From Azolla caroliniana (Eukaryota; Plantae; Polypodiophyta): a stretch of DNA of 64,000 nt. The stretch is taken from assembly GCA_043228905.1 (NCBI GenBank), contig JBHGNT010000015.1:20026001-20090000 (forward strand), written 5' to 3'. Below are positions 52,001-63,888 of this stretch, in pieces; positions within the stretch are counted from its first letter, which is position 1, and every line of letters starts with the position of its first letter. Position numbers and translations under genes: made by a program. Below the pieces are notes generated by a model, which was not told where the DNA came from, made no database searches, and saw only the letters and a program-made list of their open reading frames with translations.

Positions 52001-52840
52001 CCTGAATTGAACATTTCTTGAAATGCTGCCAGTAGATCATCGGCAATCAAATCCCAATATGTAATGAAAAAATCTCTTCCCATTCCATCTACTCCCGGGG
52101 ACCCATCTGGCCCAACACTTTTAATAGCTTGTAATATTTCAAAGGATGAAAATGGACGAAGAAGCTGAAGAGATATCCGAGATGTTACCTTAACCGCAGT
52201 AGCGGCCCATACTTTTTGGCGCATTTGTAGAGTTTCAACACTTGGAGTATTTGCTGATAACAACGACTCATAATAAGTGGCTACAATGTTCCTCATTTCA
52301 TCTCTATCCATTGTAACTGTGCCATCAGATCTTTTCAGCTGTACAATCTGAATTTTATTTCTTTTAAGCATAACATGTTGGAATTTTTTTTTTGACATGG
52401 TGTCACCTTTTGCACACCATCTTGCTGCAGATGCTTGAAGAAAGATTGAGCACGTTTTTGCTGCAAAGAAGAAATAAGCATCATAACATTCTGTAATTCA
52501 CAATGAATATATTGAGAATGAGGTTGTTTTTCTTGCAAAATTTGAAGAGAAGCCAAACCTCTCTTAGCATTCAACAATGTTCTAGTGTAACTACTTTGTT
52601 TTAGCTTAACTTGTTGTATAACGAAGTTGGAAACTACGAGAAGAGCATTCTGTAATTTTTTGACAATTAGAATCCCCTACAACCATTCTCCAAAGTGACA
52701 AAACTGTATTCTGCAAATTCATATCATCAACAATAAACCTTGGCACATACAATCGAGCAATAGAAGTATGGCTGTTCATAGAGAATTTGAGCATAATCGG
52801 GGCATGATCTGAGAACGAAGTGCTTGATATAATACCCACA
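49050..52840 (-). mobile_element. 5'-truncated L1-clade LINE ORF2 (end of EN, RT, zf-RVT) with poly-A and 17-bp TSD
   Basis: SDHAP, SPGVDG, WRPITLLNTIYKI, LDFQKAYD, RQGCPLAP, EFADDT; TSD TAACCCCCATGTTTCTT at 49033-49049 and 52841-52857. Confidence 0.93.
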
Positions 52841-53089
52841 TAACCCCCATGTTTCTTAAAAAGTATTCTGAGAAACCATTCTCAGTTTTTAGTTGGCATC
52901 TAATTTGCTCATATAATTGTGCAATAACAACTCAATACTTTAATGGTATGCCAATTTCCACCACTCCATTCCAAAGCTCACGCCATGACACTATATCAAA
53001 TACTTTTTTAAAATCAACAAAGCAACAATAGAGCATTGTTTCGTGTAGTCAACTTTCTTCCATAATTACTCTTAATGTAACTAGATGAT

Positions 53090-53177
53090 TGTTAAGGGCA
53101 TAAACATAATTTATCCTCATGTGTAGAATACTACCGTACAAACTACCATGGGATAAATTATGTTCATGCCAGTAACA
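53090..53177. mobile_element. 88-bp TG...CA TIR mini-element with 5-bp TSD (ATGAT)
   Basis: TGTTAAGGGCATAAACATAATTTATCC ... GGATAAATTATGTTCATGCCAGTAACA; TSD at 53085-53089 and 53178-53182. Confidence 0.85.
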
Positions 53178-55439
53178 ATGATCTATCATGTAGTGTTTTG
53201 GTCTAAAACTTGGTTGCCCAAGTGCTTGTTTTTTTTTCTTTCAACCCATGCTAACTTGTGTTCCATGATAATGCTATACAATTTAGCAATAGTTGAGCTT
53301 ACCATGATTGTACGATAATTTGATAATTGATTCTTATCTCTTGCTTTAAAATTTGGCTTAATCCAATTCATGAGCCAATCATTTAGCAAACCTTCTTTAA
53401 TAACTTGATCTATGATAGTCATATCCAATGACTAGCACTTGGCATTGTCCATTTTAAGATATCACTTGTAATGAGAGTTACATTAACTGGTTTCTCATTA
53501 GCCATCATCTTTGTTCCCTTATTAACATCTTCAAGATCAATGCATGTACAAGATGTTTTGATGTTCTAAACCATAGTAACCACTCCCTCATGAATATATA
53601 GGCTTTGTACATATTCTAACATCTCTTAATTCACCTTTGATATATTCCTTCTTACCATTGAAGTGTCTCCATTCTAGGTTTGGTCTGAGCTTAAACAACC
53701 TTTTCTTTTTCCTTTCTTGCATTTGGAAATATTGTCTTTTCTTTCTCTTGGATACCTTTTTATATTGGTGTCACACCATGACACATTCACTTTCCCCTTT
53801 TGCAAACCTATATAGTTTGAGATATATCTCACATTCCTCATCAAACCAAGAATTACATGGGAAACTAGATCTTTTATGTCCACCGACATACATTTGAAAC
53901 AGTTGATATCCTACCTCATGAATGACATCATTTCCTAAAGAGAGTTTTGACAAATGGTTATCAACTTATTTCGCATATATCATAGCTTTATTGTAGCAAG
54001 GTCGAATGATGTATCCTCTTTTGCTTTTCTACTTTTGTAGATAGAGTGTGAGAGTATAAGCTCCAATTACAAGGGCTTATGGTTCGAGTTTGGGGATAGA
54101 GGACCAATCTTAAATGCATTCACCATGGGTGGATCACATGTGTTCATAAATACATACTCTACTACACTTCCTCCACTTGAGGCTAGTAAACATGTGTGTA
54201 CATTTGTCAAAAGGTCAATTTCTACAACCTCCATCTCGCACCAAGGCAACACAAGCATTAATGAACCTCTCTACTTGGAAATTTTCCTTGCTACAAGATT
54301 ATGTTCACCATACTAGAACCCAAATTAAAAATGCGGGTCTAGAAGGGGATAATTGATTAATTGTCTGTTTTGCCAATGTCCTTCCCAATACAGCCTATCA
54401 TTGGATAGTGCGCGATCAATATCTAAAATCCTTCGACGAGGCCCTTGAAATAGTCCTTCATTATCAACGTTGTTTGAAGGACTATAACAAACCTGAAGTG
54501 CTCGGGACCAAGCAGACACAATTCGCTAGGAAACGCAAGACACCCATCAAATTCCTAGATTGTGATTTCAAGTGACAAAATCCTTTTTGCGTGTTCTGCA
54601 AAAAGAAGGGTCATACAAAAGAGAAATGTTGTAAGCTCCAATGTGATGAAGAGAGATAGACAAAAGATAGAGAAGAGAAGAAGAATAAGCGAATTGGATG
54701 GACTCCAAATAGAACCACAAACCAAAGAACTACTTGACTTCCAATCACCCAAACTCATAAAAGTCATTCCTTCTTCTGTTATGCCTCCTCTCACTTCTTT
54801 TAACCCTTTATTCTTCCCCCCCCCCCCCCCAACCAAATGGCTAAGAATAGCCTCCTCTTTATAGGTTTTTGGTCGTGTTATTCTTGCTTTTTCTTCTATT
54901 CCTTTTAAATTATCCTCGAGTTTATGTGAAGCACTTTTTTTATATATAACTATTTCTCTATAATCCCAAAATTTTCATACAAGATACTTTTGGAAAGCTC
55001 TCGTTGTTAGCCTTTTTTATGAATCTTTTATTTTGAAATTTGGATATCGAATGAAGAAGTTATGAGCCTTTTTCTCTACTTAAAACTTCATATCCATGCC
55101 TTGCTTTTTCCTGCTTTTTTCTACTTTTGAAAGATGCCTCTAACTTTATATCCCTTCAAGTTCCTTCCTCCTTTAATACTTGATTCTTTCATATCGAGCT
55201 TTATTCTTAGACATCTTAGCATCCAACGTATTTGTAAGAGTCTTTTCTTTTGAACAAAAACTGATTTCACACAATGCAAAGAGCACAACAACAAAAACAA
55301 AGTTGCAGACCATAAAGGTCAGATTCTTGATGTCCTTGAGGTCTATACAAATCATTTAAGTAATTGTAAATGTTCTTTCCCTCACAATGTATTGGGACCC
55401 AATAATTTATTACGTGCTTAATACTATTGTCCTAAGATA

Positions 55440-56544
55440 CATCTTGACAAACATATCTATATGACTAAATGTCATCAATGTCATGTTAACAAAGTCGGGC
55501 GACGTAAAGCAATTGGAGTTTTACATCCCTTGGACATTCCCAACAATAAATGGGAAAACATATCTATGGATTTTATTGTTAGCCTTCCTTGCACTAAAAA
55601 AGGCCATGATGCCATTTGGGTTGTCAATGATAGACTAACTAAAATGGCCAGGTTTATTGCTACTAAAACCACAGACAATAGCTCCTGAATTGGCTGACTA
55701 ACTCGTTGATGAGTTATTCCATTTTTATGGGTTACCGATGGATATTGCGAATGATCACGATCCAAAGTTCACTAGAAACTTTTGGATGCAAGTATTTAAG
55801 GAGTTAGAAACTACATTGAGCAGCCTCAATTTGATAGATAGACAGAATGGGTAAATCAAATTATTGAGGACCTACTTCGAGCATATGTTGTTGCGAAGTC
55901 AACAAAATCGGAATGCTATCTCCCAATTTTGGAGATGGCTTATAACACCTCCAAGCATACATCGACCAGATATAGTCCTTTTATGTTGATGTATAACTTT
56001 TAGCCACGAGGCCCAATTGATGTTAATATACATCACAATGAGTTGCGAAATACACAAAACTTTCTAAGGGATATGCAAGATATGTTGCATATTGCACGAG
56101 ATAATAAAAAAACAAGTCAAGATAGAGTGTGTTTTTATGCCGACCATAATAGGCAACCTCGTGTATGCAACCAAGGACAGAAGGTATTTCTAAGTTTACC
56201 TCACAATTCTAAGACATTATCTACGGGTAAGTGTGTTATCTCCCAATTTTGGAGATGGCTTATAACACCTCCAAGCATACATCGATCGGATATAGTCATT
56301 TTATGTTGGTGTATGGTTTTTGGCCACGAGCCCCAATTGATGTTAATACACATCACAATGAGTTGTGAAGTACACAAAACATTCTAAGGGATATGCAAGA
56401 TATGTTGCATATTGCACGAGATAATAAAAAACAACTCAAGATAGAGCACGTTTTTATGCCGACCATAATAGGCAACCTCGTGTATTCAACCATGGATAGA
56501 AGGTATTTCTACGTTTACCTTACAATTCAAGACATTGTCTACGG
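55440..56544 (+). mobile_element. Degenerate Ty3/gypsy integrase fragment with an internal ~315-bp tandem duplication
   Basis: CHQCHVNK...LHPLDIPNNKWENISMDFIVSLP...DRLTKMARFI; 55917-56227 repeated at 56237-56544. Confidence 0.85.
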
Positions 56545-57220
56545 TGTCGCGTTGCTACACGCGTGCGTGGAGAAGGGCGGGACCACGGGGGTCTTGGACT
56601 AAGGAGTAGAGGAGAAGGAATCATACATGGAATGGAAGCTTTGCTCAAGAAGAAGAAGAATGAACAAGAGATTAGATCGAACAAGAGGAAGATGGAGACA
56701 AGATTATCAACAAGATATATTAAAACGAAATGAACGATTACAAACGGTGGCCGCGTAGGCCACACCAAACGACTACTCGAAACCCTAACCGACGAAGATG
56801 AAGAAACGACAAAGAAACCCTAACCCTAACCCTAATGCTCGACCTATGTGGTATACCTCGCACACTCAAAATAGGCAACCCTCACAATGGTGCCTTCCCT
56901 CTTCTTTTATAGCACAAGGAGGGAAGACCGTTTACAAAAACGAGACTAAAATATCCCCTTTCATTCAAAGGGGATATTTGCCTTGATTTGGGGGAGGGTG
57001 AGATTGATGGCCCCCTTAACTCCCACCTCCTCACAAACAACTAGGTACCTATGTACCGCATAGTACCTCTCTCTCTCTCGCGCGTGGATGTACGTACGAC
57101 CACATCACCTTTATACCTTTATTACTATTACAAATACATTATGTACGTGTGCAACGTTGCACATCGCTCTTTGGCTCTCGTTGCTCGGGTTTCTGCTCGT
57201 GGACGAAAATCTTCACGACA
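56545..57220. mobile_element. 676-bp LTR-like unit (TGTCGCG...CACGACA) without a matching TSD
   Basis: Short terminal inverted repeats with TG/CA ends; contains (aaccct)n telobox-like repeats; the two flanks belong to different elements. Confidence 0.65.
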
Positions 57221-59729
57221 ACGTAGCCTAGAAATTCCACTTGCTTGCAGTCAAAGCTACATTTTTCTAGCTTGGCATAAAGACCATTCTCGCGGAGTCG
57301 CTTTCGTACTAATAGTACATGAGAATCGTGCTCTTCCTGGGTCTTCGAATAAATCAATAGATCATCCAGATAAATGATCAAACAGATATCCAAGAGGTCT
57401 CTGAATATATCATTTGCCATGTGTTGGAAGACTGTGGGTGCATTGGTTAGGCCGAACGACATAACAGTATACTCGAAATGCCCATACCGCGTGCGAAAAG
57501 CGGTCTTCCATTCATCTCCCGGTCGGATCCGCACGAGGTTATACGCTCCTCGTAGGTCGATTTTAGTAAAAAACTTGGCACCATTAACTCGCTCTAAAAG
57601 ACTTGATATAAGAGGAAGTGCCTACCTATTCCGGATGGTGACTTTATTCAATCCGCGGTAATCAACGACAAGACGAAGTGAGCCATCTTTCTTCTTGACA
57701 AAGAAGATGGGTGCACCGGTCTGAGATTTCGAATGACGGATGAACCCGCTTGCCAAGTTCTCCTCTATGTAGGCTCGAAGGACTTCTAACTCGGTGGGTG
57801 ACAGACAAGTTGTAAATTGGTCCCCATGGTGGCTCGGTTCCTGGTTGTAAATCGATGGGACAGTCATAGGGACGGTGATGAGGAAGGGTACCGACTTTTA
57901 CCTTGTCAAATACATCAGCATAAGGATGATATTTTGCTGGAAGTTGTACTGAGGAGTCCTTCTTAATAGTGCTGGAAGGATGTATTGATATTGCAAATAG
58001 GAACATTGCCTCCTTGGGTCCTTCTTCGCGTAGTTGATGGAGTGAAATGGTCGAAACTCGGTGAGTTGATTCTTGGGGTGATCGATATCGGACTTCTCTT
58101 GTTCTCCAATCTATGGCTGGATTATGTAATTCAAACCAAGGTAATCCTAGGACAATGGGATGCTCTGGACTACTAATTATATTAAATGATATTACACACA
58201 CAAAACTACCTAGGACAACTTGAATGGGTTCTGATTCTTCTACAATATTCCCGGAAGCAATGGGACGACCATCAATGACTACTACAGATGCAGGACAAGG
58301 AAGTTTTCTTAAGGATATCTGAGAAGCTTGGGCAAAATTTCGATCCATGAAACAGGAATTAGCTCTGGAATCTAAAAGTGCTAGGACGGGTACTGGGGGA
58401 GTACTTTTAGTACTAACAATGACTTGGGCTAGGAACACATTGCTAACTTGCTTGGAAGGAATGGAACCACTAATGGGTTGTACAGATCTAGGGCTGTTGT
58501 CCAACCAAACGGCTCCTATTTTGGCTGGACTCAATCGTTTAACTCTTCATCTAATTGACTAAGGATTTCAAATTTATTTGAGATACTTGGGCTATTAGTA
58601 CTATGAATACTATCAAACACTCTATTAGTACTATTAATACTATCAAACACTCCTAAGGGAAGAATTGACTCAGGTTTAGTACAACCTACAATTTGATTTA
58701 CCTGTCTTCTTGGCCTATGGGGACAATTGATTGCGATATGCCCTGGTCCACTGCAATAAAGACATAATTGATTTGCACGTCGTCGTTGCTTTTCTTCTTC
58801 CGATAACGGGCCGCGTCGACACATGGTATCGATCTCCATCGGTGTCGAAGTATTTGCTTGAGGTATGTCTCGTGCAAACGGTTTAGCCGTGATTGCGGCG
58901 TAAGTGGGCTTCGGCCTAGCGCGTGGTATCTGTAATTGACATTCCGAACGTCGTTCGAAAAGGCGGTTGTCACATCGGACCGCTCGACTGATTGCCTCCG
59001 TAAGAGACTTTGGTTCTTCGGGGAAAGTTAGAAGTAGATCTTTGACATCGTTTCGCAGGCCATAGCGAAACTGCTCCATTAGTGCTTGATCATCCCAGGG
59101 TATGTCTGAAGCGAGTAGGCGGAAATCCGCCGCGTAGGCAGAGGCTGGACGATCGCCTTGACACAATCGCCGGATCTTGTTGATCGCCGTCCTGATGTTG
59201 TCGGTGTCTCTAAAGCAGGCTTTGAACTCGCTAATAAAATCTTCAAATTTATTAAGCAAGGGCGATTGTTTTTCTAGAAGCGGAGCGAACCATGCTAAGG
59301 CTGAGCCGCTAAGCAATGTGCCTATTAAGCCGACTCGGGATGCATCAATGGGGTATTGGGAAGGATGCATTTCGAGGACTAATCATACCTGATTAAGGAA
59401 TCCCCTGAATTGCGATCGCGTTCCATCAAATTTCACAGGAAGTCCAATCTTCGGCTCTTTATGAAATCCTTGGGGACTTGATCCTTGTTGTTGCAATGCC
59501 GCTTCGAGTTGTTGCACCCGTAACGCTAACTCCCCATGTTGTTGCTGCGTTTGTTGCTTTTCTAGAGCGATTTGTTGCAGATCCCCTATCAGCCGTTGGT
59601 TTTCTTGTTCCAAGGCAACAAATTTTTCTTTTAAGCACTGTAGCTCGGAGAAAACGGATTGATATTCTTGGGCGCTAATAGTAGCCATAGTATAGGGAAA
59701 AGGGTAGGAGGAGGCAAATTGGTTCAAAC
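57221..59729 (-). mobile_element. Ty3/gypsy (Tf1/sushi/Tcn1-like) gag-protease-RT, truncated in RT
   Basis: Gag PVKFDGTRSQFRGF, CLYCSGPGHIAINC knuckle; protease ALLDSRANSCF; RT IRPGDEWKTAFRTRYGHFEY...IIYLDDLLIYS; in-frame TGA at 59383-59385. Confidence 0.92.
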
Positions 59730-59835
59730 TGTCATGAATAATACTAAAGCAGAGATGGAATTAGTACTAAAGAAGAGCAGTACTATTAGTACTAAGGGGA
59801 CGGGACTGCGTAATATTCCCGAGAGAGGAAGTGAG

Positions 59836-59878
<43 letters not shown>

Positions 59879-60191
59879 GAGAATGAGAGAGAGAGAGAAG
59901 GATGATGACAACAACTCTTATATTATGTGAAAAGATAAGTACAAATCGGCTAAGAGGCTTAAGACTGGCGTTGAACCAATTTGGTTCAAAACAATGCCTC
60001 CTTTTATAGTGTTTTTAGGAATAATCCTGAAGCTTCTAGAATGTTCTAGAGAGATCTAGAATATACATCAATTTTCTATGATAAAGCATAAATGAAAATA
60101 ATATCCTACAAATTACAATTCATAGTCTAATGGTAAGAGCTCGACCCATGTAGCATAAGGTCATGGGTTCGAGTCTTGCCATATCATGACA
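59730..60191 (-). mobile_element. 5' LTR (462 bp) of the minus-strand gypsy element
   Basis: Terminal IR TGTCATGA...TCATGACA; TATAAAA at 60008-60002 (minus); directly precedes PBS and gag. Confidence 0.85.
60116..60183 (+). other. Degenerate tRNA-like sequence (Pol III A and B boxes) inside the LTR
   Basis: TAGTCTAATGGTAAGAG (A box/D arm) and AGGTCATGGGTTCGAGTC (B box/T loop) at tRNA spacing; acceptor and anticodon stems do not pair. Confidence 0.55.
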
Positions 60192-63100
60192 GTAACAATC
60201 CACAATCGCTACCCACTACCTTTGATTCCAAAGCTCTTGGACCGCCTTCGGCTCAGATGAGTGTTCTTGAAAATCGATCTACGAGGGGCTTACAACTTCA
60301 TGCGTATCCGTCCAGGAGACGAATGGAAGATAGTGTTTTGAACCCGATACAGGTTGTTCGAGTATCGTGTCATGCCATTTGGGCTAACCAACGTCCCTGT
60401 CGTATTCCAACCCATGATGAATGATATCTTCTAAGAATATCTTGACCAATTCATGGTGGCCTATTTGGATGGCATTCTCATCTACTCTCCGGATCTCAAT
60501 ACCCATGAGCAGCATGTTCGCATGGTGTTGTCAAGACTTCGGGAACACAATCTTTACGCCAAATATGAAAAGTGCGCATTCAAGCAGTATTCTGTAAAAT
60601 TCCTGGGCTACATCATCTCTCCCAATGGTAATTTCATGGATCAACAGAAAGTGGCCGCAATTCAAGAATGGCAACCTCTGACCCGGGTAAGAGACGTTCA
60701 ACCCTTCCTTGGCTTTGCAAATTTCCACCATCAGTTTATTAAAGGGTTCTCCAATATTGTGCAACCATTGGTTGCACTCACCCATAAGGACCGACCCTTC
60801 TGCTAGACGTTGGCAAAACAAATTGCATTCATGGTGCTTAAATCTGCCTTTATGACCACCCCAATGCTCCTTCGGCCCGACCCAACATTGTCATTCATAG
60901 TGGAAACAAATGCATCAAACTTTGCTATCAGCGCTATCCTCTCACAACCCGGCAACGATGGGGTACACCATCTGGTAGCTTACTTACTACTCACGTAAAT
61001 TCACAACTCCTGAGATCAACTACCTGATCTATGACGAGGAACTTGCAGCCATTATCTCTGCTTTCGAGGAATAGAGGCCTTACCTAGTTGGGGCCCAACA
61101 CTGTGTTCAGGTCATAACCGACCACAAAAACCTTCTCTATTTTACTTCTACCCACACCTTGAATCGTCGACAAGCGCAATGGTCAATTTTCCTTGCCGAC
61201 TATGACTTCGAAATCATGTTTCGTCTAGGACACCGGCATAGCAAAGCCGATGCTCTTTCTAGGCGGTCAGAGCTAGCATCCTACCCTAGGGATAAGGCAT
61301 AAGACCAACAGTCCCAATGTCTCTTGACACTTGACCCAGTTCAAATCTTTGCAACATATGTACTCCTTGCTGAAATCACCACCCACTGCAACCGATTGTT
61401 TCACTCAGGAAATCAAAGCATGGTTCGATGACCCAACTCATCGATCATATCGAGATGACCTTGAAAAAATTTCCTTTCAAGATGGAGTATTCCTTGGGAA
61501 CAATCTAGTCTACATCTCGGAAGGGCCGTGCCGAGTTTGCATCATAACTGAATGCCATGATGGTTTGCTTGCGGGCCACTTTGGGGTCTCCAAAACTTTA
61601 GAACTGATCTCTCAAACATATTGTTGGCCCCGAGGATTCGGCACCGTGTTACCATAACCGGTAACATTGTGCTCTTTCCATTGGAGCTTCTAACATTGCT
61701 CCATAACCTTCCCTCACCCGAATTTCGAATACATGTAAATCTGGAGGTACAAAATGGACATCGAACCAATATGCATTCTCCATTATTAGAGTAATGATAT
61801 TCAATGCTAACATGTTTTTCACATCATCTGCATTCTGATACACAAGAAATTCTTCTAATATCAATAATCAAACTAGAAGCACTGTAACATCATCTTTGAA
61901 GATGGATATCTGAACAATGGAAGCTAGTCAAAGACTTCATCAAGCCTTGTGACATTTGTGCTCGGTCCAAAACAACACATCATTGCCCGTATGGACTGGT
62001 TCAACCTCTCCCGCTCCCGCATCCGCCATGGTCATACATATCTATGGACTTCATCACCGACTTGCCACCATCTAAGGGACATGACTCCATCTTGGTAATC
62101 GTGGACCGATTTACCAAAATGGCACATTTTATACCATGTTCCAAAGCCATCTCGGGCCCAGAGACAACAAATTTAATCTTAACAAATGTTGCGCACCTCC
62201 ATGGGTTACTTGATGATATCGTCTCCGATTGTGGTGCCCCATTTATTTCCCATTTTTGGAAAAGTCTCTTCTATATTCTCAGCAACACCACCAAGTTATC
62301 AATGACATTCCATCCACAAATAGACGAGCAGACGGAACACGTAAATCAAGTACTCGAGCAATATCTTCGATGTGCGGTGGGTTACCAACAAGACGATTGG
62401 ACTATGTTCCTCCCCATGGCTGAATTCGCTTATAATAACACCCGTCATTCATCCATCGGAACCTCTCCATTCTTTGCCAACTTTGGTTTCCAACCTCGAT
62501 TCAACATATGCCTTCCCTCTGGTTCGGTGAACCCCTCGGTTCAAGAGCGGGTGCGCCGTCTAAAAGAAATCCACCAAGATGTAACTCTTGAGCTCATTAA
62601 TGCCCAAGATCGACTAAAGTCAATGGCCAACAATCTAGGGGCGGCGGCGCCCAACTTTCAAGTAGGCGACATGGTTTGGCTACTACGGCGCAATATCACA
62701 ACCACTCGTCCCTGTTCAAAACTAGATTACACAAAATTGTGTCCTTTCCATATCTCCAAGTGTATCAATCACGTGGCCTACCGGCTCGACCTTCCACCCC
62801 ACTATCGCATCCATGACGTTTTTCATGTATCCCTTTTGGAAGTTTACCACCCCTCTGTACTTCTCGGGTGGCAACCCGCTCGACCACCGCCCATCAAGTT
62901 GGTGTCTGGCGATGAGTATGAAGTTGAAGAAATCCTTGACTCCAAGTTTCTACGTCGAAAACTCTATTATCTAGTACACTAGAAAGGATACCCGATATCT
63001 GATGCTACTTGGGAACCTCAACACCATTTGAAGAATGCAACCAAGGTAGTTCTGTATGAGATTGAGCCATTTGAATCTGTCTTATTCTGTATGAGATTGA

Positions 63101-63888
63101 GCAATTTTCTGTAGGAGATTGAAGAAAAGCAGATGGGATGCCAAAGAGAAACTAGTTGAGTCTGTGATGAATAGCCAATTTTTTTCAAGGAAAAGGAGGT
63201 GGATGTATTATGTGTCTTTCGTTATGGGTTTTGATTTGTTCTATGGCTGTTTGATTTGTTCCATGGCTGCATCATCGAGATGTCTCCAAAACATCGTACA
63301 TTTTCAGCATATGATCCCATGGAATATAAATCAATGGTAGTGGCAAAGAAGTTAAATGGCAGAGAATGGTTCTGGTTGGACAATGTCCCACATGTTCAAG
63401 CAAAGGTGAATGGAAATGAGGTGATAAAGAGGCTTATTCGTGCTAAAGTGGAGGCCTTTCCAAGGTTTATATGTGGTCTTATAGCTCGACGTAGCAATGG
63501 AATTTTCTCAAGGTTTATATGTGCTCCGCTAGCAAAGGTGTTATTGGCAACAATGTAGTTTTTTGATAATATGGTGGAGGCCTTTCCAAGGTGTATATGT
63601 GGTCTTATAGCTCGACGTAGCAATGGAATTTTCTCAAGGTTTATATGTGCTCTGCTAGCAAAAGTGTTATTGGCAACAATGTAGTTTTTTGATAATATGT
63701 ATTTGTGCAAAGGAAACAATATTATGTACTATTTGTATATTGCCTTTGGCTTTTTATTAATACCAATGGAGTATATTTTTATGGAAAAAAAGAAAAAAAA
63801 ATTGCAACCGAGGTAGTTCGTGCTTTTCACCTCCGCTACACACACAAGCCTGCGCCGCATAGAAGTCGGCGCTAAACATGGGGGATAA
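60192..63888 (+). mobile_element. Chromovirus pol (RT, RNase H, integrase, chromodomain), degenerate, with two insertions
   Basis: NRYPLPLIP, VAYLDGILIYS, VETNASNFAI, MDFITDLPPSKGHDSILVIVDRFTKMAHF, chromodomain EYEVEEILDSK...YYLVH*KGY...TWEP; PPT atgggggataa. Confidence 0.92.
63053..63801 (+). mobile_element. 5'-truncated retroposed insert (probably a LINE 3' end) with poly-A and 17-bp TSD
   Basis: TGCAACC(A/G)AGGTAGTTC at 63036-63052 and 63803-63819; A-run 63785-63801; internal ~126-bp tandem duplication. Confidence 0.8.

Larger units (their letters stand above)
48960..54320 (-). mobile_element. Old RTE-like non-LTR element (end of endonuclease, RT), split by a younger L1
   Basis: GGSVVEYVF...SNHKPL, NSWFDEEC, NYRTIMVSSTIAKLY; after excising the L1 the frame reads CQLKTENGFSEYFLRNMGVKQEHPFSPILFGLFIDK. 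Confidence 0.75.

Noticed and set aside
54330-55330. LTR-like sequence before the integrase remnant
   Set aside because: Termini, PBS and TSD could not be defined.
56781-56836. Interstitial telomere
   Set aside because: Only a few (aaccct) units inside an LTR-like element; telobox-like.
60116-60183. Functional tRNA gene
   Set aside because: Acceptor, anticodon and T stems do not pair; kept only as a tRNA-like cassette.
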